64,000 bases of DNA from Candidatus Aenigmatarchaeota archaeon. GTDB taxonomy: Archaea; Aenigmatarchaeota; Aenigmatarchaeia; CG10238-14; SpSt-28. A program made the translations under genes and the position numbers. The DNA is taken from positions 160,001 through 224,000 of the forward strand of contig JAWBAK010000001.1 of the NCBI GenBank assembly GCA_038997165.1, given 5' to 3'. The notes beneath the pieces are model-generated. The model had not been told where the DNA came from, did no database searches, and saw nothing but the letters and a program-made list of their open reading frames with translations. Below, in pieces: positions 48,728 through 58,386 of the stretch (the stretch's first letter is position 1; each line of letters begins with the position of its first letter).

Positions 48728-49630
48728 TTAACAAAATACTTGAGTGACATAAATTTTACCATCATTAGTTATAAAAACTCCTATCCCTTCATTTTTCCAA
48801 TGCTCAAATAAAATATTTCTTCTATGTCCCTCACTATTATACCAGCTATTACTAACTTCGTAAGCAAATTCTTCTAAACTATAGAATTCGTAAGAAATTA
48901 TTTTTCCAGAAATTTTCTCATATATATAACTTTTGTAAATATATCCTAGAAATAAGTTTTCTGCGCCTTCATAAACATAATTTCCAGCTAAAATTTTACA
49001 TTCATAATTAAATTTTTTAAATCTATCTGCTAAAGTTTCTCCATTAATACTAACATGATCAAAATAATTCTTTTCTGCCATGTCTTTACTATGATATCTA
49101 GCTATTTCTCTCAATTTTTCATCAAAATTTAAAATAGTTAAGTTATAATCTGCTCTTATTTTATTTACATATTCATGAATTTTTAACTCTAAATATTCAA
49201 TACTCTGATTAAATTCTTTCAATTTTTCGTAAAAAACTTCTTCTGTTGTTTTATATCTCTGATAAATTAATGGATTTGATAATAAATTTATAATTTTAAT
49301 TTCTCCCTTAGAAAGTTTTTCAGAAAAACCATTTATACCTAAAACAAAGTCTAATTTTTTAAAATTTTCATAAGATGAAAAGAAATAAGTAAAAAATATT
49401 ATAAAAATTAAAAATAGAAAAAATTTTGTAGGAAAAAAATCTCTTAATTTTTTTTCAAAATAAACCCAAAATATATAAATTATAGAAAAAATTATCGACC
49501 TTAAAAATATTTGAAAATAGTTAATTGAATTAATTAAAAAACTTAAAATTAATAAAAATGAAAAAATTATAAATAAAAATTGAAAAAAATTATAAACTAT
49601 TTTTTTATTTATTTTTATATTTTTTTTCAT
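48728..49630 (-). CDS. Membrane-anchored CAP/SCP domain protein
   Basis: IARYHSKDMA..YFDH, AEN and WYNSEGHRRNIL motifs; N-terminal TM segments. Confidence 0.9.
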   Translation of the reverse strand: MKKNIKINKKIVYNFFQFLFIIFSFLLILSFLINSINYFQIFLRSIIFSIIYIFWVYFEKKLRDFFPTKFFLFLIFIIFFTYFFSSYENFKKLDFVLGINGFSEKLSKGEIKIINLLSNPLIYQRYKTTEEVFYEKLKEFNQSIEYLELKIHEYVNKIRADYNLTILNFDEKLREIARYHSKDMAEKNYFDHVSINGETLADRFKKFNYECKILAGNYVYEGAENLFLGYIYKSYIYEKISGKIISYEFYSLEEFAYEVSNSWYNSEGHRRNILFEHWKNEGIGVFITNDGKIYVTQVFC

Positions 49631-49638
49631 AAAAATAT

Positions 49639-50166
49639 TTAAGCTCTTAAACCTCTTGCTTTTTTACCAGCGCTAGTTAATCCTCTAAATACTCTTCTTC
49701 TATGTTGTTTTTCACAAATCCAATTAATGTTTTTATCTGATTTAATTACAGGATGATATTTATCTACCATTATTACTTCATACCATTTATACATTCCATC
49801 TTCAGCAACATAATAACTATTTAAAACTTCTAAGTTTGGAAATTTTCTTTGAGCTTTTTCTTCAGCAATCCATCTTAGAGATTTTCTTGGTGTAAAATGT
49901 CTAATTCCTGCGCTACTTGGTTTTTTTCCAAAAATCCAAAGATATGCTCTTCTACTTCTTCCACCCTTTTTAACTCTAACTCTAACAATTACAAAACCTT
50001 GCTTAGCTTTATATCCTAATGCTCTTGCTCTATCTAATCTTGTTGGTTTATCGATTCTAACTATACTTGGCTCTTTTCTCCATTTTTTTAATCTTTCTTT
50101 AAATAATTCTTTCCTTAATTCTTTGTTTTTCCAAGTTTCCCTTAATGCTTTGTAGAGATTTAACAT
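49639..50166 (-). CDS. rpl15e: 50S ribosomal protein L15e
   Basis: [17 protein letters not shown] and RGLTSAGKK motifs. Confidence 0.98.
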   Translation of the reverse strand: MLNLYKALRETWKNKELRKELFKERLKKWRKEPSIVRIDKPTRLDRARALGYKAKQGFVIVRVRVKKGGRSRRAYLWIFGKKPSSAGIRHFTPRKSLRWIAEEKAQRKFPNLEVLNSYYVAEDGMYKWYEVIMVDKYHPVIKSDKNINWICEKQHRRRVFRGLTSAGKKARGLRA

Positions 50167-50209
50167 AAGATATTTTAAAGTTTTAAATATTTATCTTTGC
50201 ATCTATTTT

Positions 50210-51295
50210 ATGGCAATAAAACAACTATCAACAGAAGTAAAATTTTCCGAAGTAGATGAAGAATTAAGAAAAATTGTAGAAAAAAGAAAAACACAAATAA
50301 AAGTAGTTGGATGTGGAGGTGCTGGAAATAATACTATTTCTAGACTAATGCAAGTTGGTATAGTTGGTGCGCAAACAATAGCAGTAAATACAGATGCGAT
50401 GGATTTATTGTATACAGATGCCGATATAAAAATTCTTATTGGTAAAGAAATTACCGGCGGTTTAGGTGCTGGTGCAGATCCTAGAGTTGGAATGGAAGCA
50501 GCAAAAGAAAGTAAAGAAGAAATTAAAGCAGCATTAAAAGGTGCAGATATGGTATTTATTACTGGTGGTTTGGGTGGTGGTACCGGAAGTGGAAGTGCTC
50601 CTATAATTGCTGAAATAGCTAAAAAGATGGATGCTTTAGTCATAGGAATATTTACATTACCATTTAAAATGGAAGGAAAACAAAGATGGGATAATGCAAT
50701 GTGGGCAGTAGATTTATTGAAAGATACAGTCGATACCCTAATTTTAATTCCTAACGATAAATTATTAGAATTATATCCAGATGTTTCAATTGCAACTGCT
50801 TTTAAAATTGCAGATGAACTATTAGTAAACGCTGTTAAAGGTATAACAGAAATGATTACAAAACCTGGATTAGTTAATAGAGATTTTGCTGATATAAAAG
50901 CTATAATGAAAGATGGTGGATTAGCATTAATAGGCATGGGAGAAAGCGACAGCGAAAATAGAGCTGTAGAAAGTGTTCAAAGAGCAATAAATAATCCGTT
51001 ATTAAGTGTTGATATTTCAAATGCTAAAGGTGCTTTAGTATCGATTTTTAGCGGACCAGATATAACTCTAAAAGAAGTTAATCAAATACTAGAAGTTATT
51101 AGAAGTAAATTAGATGAAAATGCAAAATTGCTTTGGGGTGTTCAAATTGATAAAAATTTAGCAGAAACTATTAGAACAATGATAATAGTAACTGGGGTTT
51201 CTTCTCCATTTATTTTAGGTCCAACAAAAGAAGAAAAAGAGAAAAAAAGATATAAAAAACCTATAGAAAAAGATTTGGGAATAGAATTTGTATAA
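50210..51295 (+). CDS. ftsZ: Cell division protein FtsZ (FtsZ1 context)
   Basis: GGAGNN, GGGTGSG and VNRDFAD motifs; upstream of secE-spt5-rpl11. Confidence 0.98.
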   Translation: MAIKQLSTEVKFSEVDEELRKIVEKRKTQIKVVGCGGAGNNTISRLMQVGIVGAQTIAVNTDAMDLLYTDADIKILIGKEITGGLGAGADPRVGMEAAKESKEEIKAALKGADMVFITGGLGGGTGSGSAPIIAEIAKKMDALVIGIFTLPFKMEGKQRWDNAMWAVDLLKDTVDTLILIPNDKLLELYPDVSIATAFKIADELLVNAVKGITEMITKPGLVNRDFADIKAIMKDGGLALIGMGESDSENRAVESVQRAINNPLLSVDISNAKGALVSIFSGPDITLKEVNQILEVIRSKLDENAKLLWGVQIDKNLAETIRTMIIVTGVSSPFILGPTKEEKEKKRYKKPIEKDLGIEFV

Positions 51296-51301
51296 TAAGC
51301 T

Positions 51302-51475
51302 ATGATTAAAAAAATTATTGAATTTTTTAAAAAAATTATTTATATAATTAAAATTGCGAAAAAACCTACTTATAGTGAAATAAAAAGTATTTTAAAATTT
51401 CTTTTCTTTTTAACAATTTTTATCGGAATTATTGGTTTTATTTTTTATCTTTTCGGATTATTATTTATTTCTTAA
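51302..51475 (+). CDS. secE: Protein translocase SecE / Sec61 gamma (missing from the ORF track)
   Basis: Hand translation, 57 aa: ...IAKKPTYSEI...IGIIGFIFY; conserved ftsZ-secE-spt5 order. Confidence 0.88.
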   Translation: MIKKIIEFFKKIIYIIKIAKKPTYSEIKSILKFLFFLTIFIGIIGFIFYLFGLLFIS

Positions 51476-51485
51476 GGATAATATT

Positions 51486-51932
51486 ATGCCAATATATGTT
51501 ATTAGAACTATCGGTGGAAAAGAGGAAACTTTAGTTGAAATGATAGGAAATAAGGCTATTGCTGAAAATTTACAAATATATTCAGTTTTTAAAATAGAGG
51601 AATTAAAAGGATATGTATTTATTGAAGGTGAAGAAGATGATGTAATGAAAATTATAAAAGAAGTTCCTCATGTAAGAAGAGTTTTACAAACTACTATAAG
51701 TTTGGATGAATTAAAAAAGTATATAAAAATAGAAAAAGAAGAAAAAATAAAAATAGAAATTAATGATATTGTAGAAGTAATAGGTGGGCCTTTCAAAGGT
51801 TTAAAAGGTAGAGTTATAAAGATTGATGAAATAAAAAAAGAAGTTACAATAGAATTGCTCGATGTTACAGTAAGTTTACCAGTAACTATAAATGTAGAAT
51901 TAGTAAAATTAGTTGAAAAGAAAAGTCAATAA
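51486..51932 (+). CDS. spt5: Transcription elongation factor Spt5/NusG
   Basis: KGYVFIE and KOW motif VEVIGGPFKG; ATG at 51486. Confidence 0.95.
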   Translation: MPIYVIRTIGGKEETLVEMIGNKAIAENLQIYSVFKIEELKGYVFIEGEEDDVMKIIKEVPHVRRVLQTTISLDELKKYIKIEKEEKIKIEINDIVEVIGGPFKGLKGRVIKIDEIKKEVTIELLDVTVSLPVTINVELVKLVEKKSQ

Positions 51933-51934
51933 TT

Positions 51935-52450
51935 ATGAATGAAGATAAAGAAATAATAGAATTTTTAGTAGAAGGGGGAAAAGCATCTCCAGGCCCAACT
52001 ACAGCTCCAAAATTATCTGCATATAAGTTAAATGTTGGAGAAATATTTTCAAAAATTAACCAACTAACAAAAGATTTTACTGGAATGGAAGTTCCAATAA
52101 AAATTATAATAGATAAACAAACAAAAAAGTATGAAATAGAAATAGGATTACCACCTACTGCAAGCTTACTAAAAAAAGAAGCTGGCATAGAAATTGCAAA
52201 AATAACAAAAGAAGAGGCTGAAAAAGGAAAAAAATATGTTGGAAATATTAGTTTTGAAAAAGTTCTTAAAGTTACAAAAATAAAAGAAAATGAATTAGAA
52301 GGAAATTCGATAAAATCGAAAATTAAACAAGTTGTAGGAACCTGTAAATCTTTGCACTTAACTATTGATGGAAAAGATCCGAAAGAAATAATAAAAGAAA
52401 TAGATGAAGGAAAATACGATGAAATAATAAATAAGTTTTTTAATCAATGA
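51935..52450 (+). CDS. rpl11: 50S ribosomal protein L11
   Basis: VEGGKASPGP and PPTASLLKKE motifs. Confidence 0.96.
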   Translation: MNEDKEIIEFLVEGGKASPGPTTAPKLSAYKLNVGEIFSKINQLTKDFTGMEVPIKIIIDKQTKKYEIEIGLPPTASLLKKEAGIEIAKITKEEAEKGKKYVGNISFEKVLKVTKIKENELEGNSIKSKIKQVVGTCKSLHLTIDGKDPKEIIKEIDEGKYDEIINKFFNQ

Positions 52451-52635
52451 AATTTTTTTGGTTTATATATGGATTGGGTTTATTACTTTATTTATATTTA
52501 ATATTCGTTCAAGAAATCTATAATTTAATTCCAAACTTATCTACATATTCTTTATTTGGAATTTTTGCATATTCCTTAGAAAAAAGTTTAATTAAAAAAG
52601 AAGAAAAAAGAAAAATTGAAATGTTTGAAGAATAA
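52447..52635 (+). CDS. Small two-TM membrane protein
   Basis: ATGA overlap with the rpl11 stop; two hydrophobic segments and a charged tail. Confidence 0.6.
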   Translation: MKFFWFIYGLGLLLYLYLIFVQEIYNLIPNLSTYSLFGIFAYSLEKSLIKKEEKRKIEMFEE

Positions 52636-52654
52636 CAATTTATAATTTAAATTA

Positions 52655-53278
52655 ATGGTATTTATGGATTACGAATTATTAAAAAATAAAATTGAAGAAG
52701 CAATAAAAACTGGGAAAAAAAGAAGATTTAAGCAAAGCTTAGAATTAATTATTGTTTTAAAAGATGTTGACGTTAAAGAATTAAAAAATAGCATCTCATT
52801 AATAACATTACCATACTTTAATGATTCGAAAGTTGTTGTTTTTAGTGAAATAAAAAGAAGCGATATAAATGCAGAAAGCATTTCATTAAAAGAAATTGAA
52901 AATATTTCTCAAAACAAAAGACTAGCAAAAAAATTTGCTAGAAGTTTTGATTTTTCACTAGCAGAAACAAAACTAATTCCAGTAATAGGTAAATTGCTAG
53001 GTAAATTTTTAGCACCGTTAGGAAAAATGCCAATACCAATTACCGATGAAAAAAAATTAAACGAAAATATTGAAAAACTAAAAAGAAGTAGAAGAATAAA
53101 TTTAAAACAAAATCAAATTCAAATAAAAATAGGAAAAGAAGATATGAAATTAGAGGAGTTGTTTGAAAATGCAAAGAGTGTAATAAATCAAATAGTTTCT
53201 AACTTACCAAATGGAGAAAAAAACATAAAAAAGATATATGTAAAACTTACTATGAGTAAACCTATAAGAGTTATATAA
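52655..53278 (+). CDS. rpl1: 50S ribosomal protein L1
   Basis: RRFKQSLELI, LAPLGKMP and YVKLTMS motifs. Confidence 0.95.
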   Translation: MVFMDYELLKNKIEEAIKTGKKRRFKQSLELIIVLKDVDVKELKNSISLITLPYFNDSKVVVFSEIKRSDINAESISLKEIENISQNKRLAKKFARSFDFSLAETKLIPVIGKLLGKFLAPLGKMPIPITDEKKLNENIEKLKRSRRINLKQNQIQIKIGKEDMKLEELFENAKSVINQIVSNLPNGEKNIKKIYVKLTMSKPIRVI

Positions 53279-53281
53279 ATT

Positions 53282-54109
53282 ATGTTAACTAGAGAACAAA
53301 AGGCAAAAATAATCGATGAAATTTGTGAAATATTTAAGAACTATTCTACTATAGGATTTATAGATTTTTATAAATTACCTACAAGAGAGTACAGGGAAAT
53401 GAAGAGAAAACTTAAGGGAATAAATATAAAGTTTTTTAAAAAATCTTTAATAATTAAGGCATTAGAAAAGATAGGAAAAACAGAATTAATAAATTATTTA
53501 CCAAATCAAGTAGGAATTTTATTTTCAAATAAAAATCCTTTTGAAATTTATAAAGAAATTAAAAAACTGGTTTCATATAGATATGCAAAAGAAGGAGATT
53601 ATGCAGAGGAAGATATTGTAATTAAGCCTATGATAACATCAATTCCAGCAGGTCCTTCAATTGCTGAATTTCAAAGATTGAAATTTGAAGTGGGTGTAGA
53701 AGCAGGAAAAATAGCAATAAAAAAAGAAAAGAAATTGGTTTCTAAGGGAGAAAAAATAAATGCACAAATAGCCACTATATTACAAAAACTCGGAATTAAA
53801 CCAATAAAAATAAGATTAAACGTTATTGCAATGTACGATGGAAGAATAATCTATACAAAAGAAATTTTAGATTTAGATGAAGAATATTATAGTAAAAATA
53901 TTTTAAATTGTTTTTTAATTGCTAACGAATTAACAAAAAGAATAGAATATTATACTAAATATAATATAAATGAATTTTTAATAAAAGGTAGACTTAGCGC
54001 TATTATGCTAGGAAAGAAAATTCAATTTTTCGAAAAAGATATAGTTGAAGAATTAATAAAAGAAGCATATATATGTGCTAAATTCCTTTCACAAAAATTT
54101 AATGTTTAA
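53282..54109 (+). CDS. rpl10: 50S ribosomal protein L10/P0
   Basis: NPFEIY, PAGP and LQKLGIKP motifs; between rpl1 and rpl12. Confidence 0.92.
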   Translation: MLTREQKAKIIDEICEIFKNYSTIGFIDFYKLPTREYREMKRKLKGINIKFFKKSLIIKALEKIGKTELINYLPNQVGILFSNKNPFEIYKEIKKLVSYRYAKEGDYAEEDIVIKPMITSIPAGPSIAEFQRLKFEVGVEAGKIAIKKEKKLVSKGEKINAQIATILQKLGIKPIKIRLNVIAMYDGRIIYTKEILDLDEEYYSKNILNCFLIANELTKRIEYYTKYNINEFLIKGRLSAIMLGKKIQFFEKDIVEELIKEAYICAKFLSQKFNV

Positions 54110-54130
54110 ATATTTTTTGCTAAATAAATT

Positions 54131-54442
54131 ATGGAATACATATATGCAGCTTTACTATTACATTCAGCAAAGAAAGAAATAACAGAAGAAAATTTAAGAA
54201 ATGTACTAACTGCAGCTGGAGTATCAATAGATGAGGCAAGATTAAAAAGTTTAGTAGAAAGTTTAAAGAATATTAATATAGATGATGTTATAAAATCTGC
54301 ATCCTCAGCTTCTATACCAGTTCAAGTTCAAACAACTACACAAACCACTACAGAAACAAAAACAGAAGAGAAAAAGAAAGAAGAATCAAAAGCTGCTGAA
54401 GAACAGGCAGTTGCAGGATTGGCTGCTTTATTTGGTATTTAA
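54131..54442 (+). CDS. rpl12: 50S ribosomal stalk protein L12/P1
   Basis: [11 protein letters not shown] and GLAALFG motifs. Confidence 0.97.
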   Translation: MEYIYAALLLHSAKKEITEENLRNVLTAAGVSIDEARLKSLVESLKNINIDDVIKSASSASIPVQVQTTTQTTTETKTEEKKKEESKAAEEQAVAGLAALFGI

Positions 54443-54504
54443 TTTTTTATTGCGCGTAATAAAGGGTATTAGGACATATATTAGGCTATCATATTTTTTA
54501 GTTA

Positions 54505-54696
54505 ATGAAATGCATTAGATGTGGATCAAAAAGAATTGTAGATTTCATCGATGGATTTGGAAAAGAAAGAATGTTTTGTAAAGATTGTTTTTTAAGTTTA
54601 GAAAAAGAATCTTTCATAAAATTATCTCTTGAAAGAAAACTTCCAGAATTTTATTTCAAAATAACATTTAAAACATGGAATATGAAGCAATATTAA
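54505..54696 (+). CDS. Small Zn-ribbon protein
   Basis: CIRC...CKDC pair. Confidence 0.65.
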   Translation: MKCIRCGSKRIVDFIDGFGKERMFCKDCFLSLEKESFIKLSLERKLPEFYFKITFKTWNMKQY

Positions 54697-54791
54697 GTAG
54701 AATAAAAAGAGGTAAAAATCTAGTATTAATAATAAGTGTTAAAAAAGGTAACAAAATGTTTGGATTTGTTAAACCTATTTATAGATATTAA
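54675..54791 (+). CDS. Putative 38-aa basic microprotein (MEYEAILSRIKRGKNLVLIISVKKGNKMFGFVKPIYRY)
   Basis: Hand translation; overlaps the upstream ORF end; codon style fits the genome. Confidence 0.4.
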   Translation: MEYEAILSRIKRGKNLVLIISVKKGNKMFGFVKPIYRY

Positions 54792-54805
54792 TGTATATAC
54801 ATTAA
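54788..54805. promoter_or_regulatory. Perfect 18-bp palindrome TTAATGTATATACATTAA, putative operator, copy 1
   Basis: Identical to 60504-60521; directly upstream of TATA-like TTTAAA at 54809-54814. Confidence 0.7.
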
Positions 54806-54838
54806 ATATTTAAATTGATTGTTTCTAAAAATTGAATC

Positions 54839-54889
54839 ATGCCAAGAAGAAAGAAAAAAGAAGAGCAATCTCAGCAATCTACACAGTAG
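54839..54889 (+). CDS. Putative 16-aa micropeptide MPRRKKKEEQSQQSTQ (or small RNA)
   Basis: ATG 30 nt after the start of a TATA-like box; followed by a T-rich terminator-like tract. Confidence 0.35.
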   Translation: MPRRKKKEEQSQQSTQ

Positions 54890-54910
54890 ATCAATTACAT
54901 TTTCCCTTTT

Positions 54911-56161
54911 TTATTTTTTTAAAAATTTTATATAACTATTTTTTAAAGCTTCTATTCCAGGCATTTTTTTGCCACTTAAATAATTTAAAAGAGCTCCACC
55001 ACCAATACTAATATAGGTAAATTTCTTAGGAATTTTTAATAAATTTATAGCTACAGAAGAATCTCCACCTCCGACTAAAGAAATTATATCTAAATTTGCA
55101 ATATATTCAAACAATTCTTTAGTTCCCTTTTCAAATCCTTGCTTTTCAAACATTCCCATAGGACCCTTTATTATTACACTCCTACAATGTTTCAAAATAT
55201 TTTTATATTTTTCTATTGTTTCTGAACCTATATCTAAAATTAATGCATCTTTAGGAATGTTTTCAATACTAATTTCTTTTCTTTCTCCATTATATTCTAT
55301 TGCAACATCATCTGGTAATTCTATTTCTTTATAATATTTATGATAAAGTTCCTTTGCTTTATCGATTAGCTTTATTAATCCCTTTTTTTCCAAAATTTCT
55401 TTACTTTTATTACCTATCTCATAACCTTTTGCTAATAGAAATATATTAGCTAATAATCCGCCACAAAGAACTTTTTCTATACTTTCTGGTCTGTTTTTAA
55501 ACATATAATCTAATATAGGAATTACATCATCTATTTTTGCTCCACCAATTAACCATGCATTAATTCCTAAAGGCATTAATACCTTATTTATACTTTCTAT
55601 TTCTTCTTGCATTACTCTTCCAATAATATTTGGAACTATTTCAGCGAATCCAACAATACTTGCATGAGATCTATGAGCAACAGAAAAAGCATCTAAAACA
55701 AAATAGTCTATAAATTTTGATAAAAATCTTACTAAAGAAGATTCTCTATGTTCTTCAAAAGTCTTTTCAATATCTTCATCTTCTAAAAATCTTACATTAT
55801 CTAATAATAATACTTCTCCGCTTTTTAATTTTTTTATTTCACTTTCAGCTCTTTCTCCTATTATATCATTAACAAATTTTATTTCAAATCTATCATCTTT
55901 CAAATATTCTTTAAGAATATTTGAAAGAATTTTTGCGTGTTGTTCTAAAGAAATAAAATCTGGTTCTCCTTTTCTAGATTGATGTGCTAATAAAATTACT
56001 TTTGCGTTCTTTTCAATGAGTTCTTTAATTGTTCTAGAGTGTCTTTCAAATCTTTCGTTTGGTATAACTTTGTTATTTATGACATCGGAATTTAAATCAA
56101 TTCTTACAGCAACATATTTATCTTCTAAATTAAAATCGTCTAAAGTAAAGAATTCTTTCAT
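54911..56161 (-). CDS. pgk: Phosphoglycerate kinase
   Basis: RIDLN, LLDNVRF, DAFSVAHR, GGAK and SIGGGA motifs. Confidence 0.97.
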   Translation of the reverse strand: MKEFFTLDDFNLEDKYVAVRIDLNSDVINNKVIPNERFERHSRTIKELIEKNAKVILLAHQSRKGEPDFISLEQHAKILSNILKEYLKDDRFEIKFVNDIIGERAESEIKKLKSGEVLLLDNVRFLEDEDIEKTFEEHRESSLVRFLSKFIDYFVLDAFSVAHRSHASIVGFAEIVPNIIGRVMQEEIESINKVLMPLGINAWLIGGAKIDDVIPILDYMFKNRPESIEKVLCGGLLANIFLLAKGYEIGNKSKEILEKKGLIKLIDKAKELYHKYYKEIELPDDVAIEYNGERKEISIENIPKDALILDIGSETIEKYKNILKHCRSVIIKGPMGMFEKQGFEKGTKELFEYIANLDIISLVGGGDSSVAINLLKIPKKFTYISIGGGALLNYLSGKKMPGIEALKNSYIKFLKK

Positions 56162-56196
56162 AAAATTTAAAAATATAAAAAATTAAGAAGAAGAAA

Positions 56197-57240
56197 TTAT
56201 TTCAAAATTCCTAAACTTTTATTTGTTTTTTCTATTGATTTCCACTTATCTTTTTCTATTCCTGTAATTGCTCTTATTGCATCTATATTTTCTGGAATAA
56301 CAACAGCTTCTTGATGAACTGCTTGAATATATCTTACTTTATTATTTTCAACATGTACTAAATCTTTTAATACTATAACTTCCCAAATATCATTTCTAGG
56401 TCTTAAATAATCTCTAAACTTTTCGATTATAACACTTGTAGCAGGATATTCTTTTCCTTCCAAAAAAATTATTCTAGTTTGTTTTTCAAAAGCGTCAATA
56501 ATCTCTTCATAGCTAACATTTCTTTTTAATGTTACATCTAGCATATGCACATGCATTTTTGTAGTTGGAACTTTAACTGCTAATGAAAAAATATTTAAAT
56601 GTTTTAATACTGTTTTAACATCTAAAGAATGATGAGATGGTACATGTAAATCATATTCTATAGCATCGATTGGTCCTTTTTTATATTCGTGAGGATCGTT
56701 AGCTCTTCTCGCTAAAGCAACAAAAACATATTCTACTCCAAATTTTTGATCTAATGTATATAAAGTTCTTATTAGGCTTGTAGTATTGCAACTAGGAACT
56801 CTAACATAAGTTTTATCGAATGCTTCCTCATAATTTACAAAAGAATTGAATGTCATTTCTGCAACATCTGCTTTTTCTCCACCTTGAAATATTACTTTTA
56901 CTCCATATTTTTCATACAAATTCTTTTTATTTTGGGCACCAACTCCTTCTGGAGTACAATCAATTATAACATCTACTGCACCATTTCTTAGCAAATCTTC
57001 TAGAGTTCCATTAACCCACATTCCTGCTTTTTTAAATTCATTATATGCTTCTAAATCGCTAGCATATAAATCTGTGCCATAAAGAAATCCATTAGGTTCT
57101 AAAACAGTTTTTATTACATAGTTTGGGTTTTTAGTCGATATTGCTACTAGATCTATATCATCTTGCAATTTTATTGCATGTGCTACTCTTTTTCCTATCG
57201 TTCCTATACCATTTACAACAACCCTTGGTTTTACTCTCAT
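56197..57240 (-). CDS. gap: Archaeal (type II) glyceraldehyde-3-phosphate dehydrogenase
   Basis: NGIGTIGKRVA, SCNTT and HQEAVVIPENIDAIRA motifs. Confidence 0.97.
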   Translation of the reverse strand: MRVKPRVVVNGIGTIGKRVAHAIKLQDDIDLVAISTKNPNYVIKTVLEPNGFLYGTDLYASDLEAYNEFKKAGMWVNGTLEDLLRNGAVDVIIDCTPEGVGAQNKKNLYEKYGVKVIFQGGEKADVAEMTFNSFVNYEEAFDKTYVRVPSCNTTSLIRTLYTLDQKFGVEYVFVALARRANDPHEYKKGPIDAIEYDLHVPSHHSLDVKTVLKHLNIFSLAVKVPTTKMHVHMLDVTLKRNVSYEEIIDAFEKQTRIIFLEGKEYPATSVIIEKFRDYLRPRNDIWEVIVLKDLVHVENNKVRYIQAVHQEAVVIPENIDAIRAITGIEKDKWKSIEKTNKSLGILK

Positions 57241-57261
57241 AAATATTTTTTAGTCCTAATG

Positions 57262-57960
57262 CTATATCTTTTTACCAAATATTATTAAATTCCTTTCAGT
57301 TAACATTTTATTATCGACTTTAAAATTTATATGGAAATTTCGTGATTTAGCATATTCCGCTAAATAAAAACACCACTTATAGTATTCGTTATTTATAGCA
57401 TTAAAGAATTTATTCGCAATTTCATTATATTTTTTCCATTTTTCGTAACTTTCGCTTCCTATACAACAAGGAACTAATATAAAAAAATTACTAAATTCAG
57501 ATGCTTTATCTATAACAACCTCGCTTAAATTATTACAAGCATGAATCGAAACAATAAAATCTGCCTTCTCTAAATCTTTAATTTCTAAAATATTTTTTTC
57601 TATAAAAAATATGTTATCAAAAAATTTACTTTTGTTATTAGATTTATAATCTTCACTAAACTTTAAATCGATAGCTACTATTTTTGAATTTGGAAAGTTT
57701 TCTGCTACAAAATGAGAAAATAATGCATCCCCGCTCATTAACTCATATAAAACGAACTTATCCATTTTATTCTTATTAATTAGATTTTTCAAAACGTTAA
57801 ATACACCAACAACTTCAGTTATTTCTTTTAAGATATAATTATATCTTTTTCCTTCTAAATGTGGTTTCATTAAAATATTAAAAATATCGAATGGAAACCT
57901 TTTAATGAAAAACCTTACATATTCGTGCTTAGAATTTAAAATTTCCTTAGGATAAATCAT
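57262..57960 (-). CDS. Class I SAM-dependent methyltransferase (HAC...PCC type)
   Basis: ELMSG, VAID, IHAC and LVPCC motifs. Confidence 0.75.
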   Translation of the reverse strand: MIYPKEILNSKHEYVRFFIKRFPFDIFNILMKPHLEGKRYNYILKEITEVVGVFNVLKNLINKNKMDKFVLYELMSGDALFSHFVAENFPNSKIVAIDLKFSEDYKSNNKSKFFDNIFFIEKNILEIKDLEKADFIVSIHACNNLSEVVIDKASEFSNFFILVPCCIGSESYEKWKKYNEIANKFFNAINNEYYKWCFYLAEYAKSRNFHINFKVDNKMLTERNLIIFGKKI

Positions 57961-58377
57961 TTATAAATTAATTTTTTCAGAAATTTTACTAACCAATTCT
58001 TCTATATTTTTTTCTAATTTAATTAATTCGTTTACATTTTTATTAATTTCTTCCACATTTTCATCTAATAAAGAGAAAAAAAGTTTATAAAGCTTTATAT
58101 CATATAAAGATTTTATTTTTCTTACTTCATCATACAATTCTCTACCAATTTGAAAGGCTAAAGGAGATAGGGTATCGAAAAGAATTGAAAGATAAATATA
58201 TTTCCTTTCAACATCAATTATTTTTTCTAAGTTTTTAACTATATCAACCTTATTTTCTTCGATTAGTTTTATTAGAATTTCCCTAAACATTTCTATTTTT
58301 CCAAACATTAATGCTATATCTAGCTTTAAATTCTTTTCTCTTACTAAACTTATTAGTTTTTGAGACCTATCCTCCAT
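57961..58377 (-). CDS. Hypothetical helical protein
   Basis: Clean 138-aa ORF abutting the methyltransferase gene. Confidence 0.55.
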   Translation of the reverse strand: MEDRSQKLISLVREKNLKLDIALMFGKIEMFREILIKLIEENKVDIVKNLEKIIDVERKYIYLSILFDTLSPLAFQIGRELYDEVRKIKSLYDIKLYKLFFSLLDENVEEINKNVNELIKLEKNIEELVSKISEKINL

Positions 58378-58386
58378 AAATTTATT

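Noticed and set aside
50203..50937. Long antisense ORF over ftsZ, and similar shadow ORFs (2447-2833, 26530-26901, 40800-41228, 51886-52188, 62541-63101, 63516-63722 and others)
   Set aside because: They lie opposite well-conserved genes and have the I/S/F-rich composition expected of antisense frames.
54877..54891. ATCTAC-ACA-GTAGAT hairpin resembling a Cas12a repeat stem
   Set aside because: Single copy, no AATTT 5' handle, no spacers and no cas genes. No CRISPR array was seen anywhere in the window.
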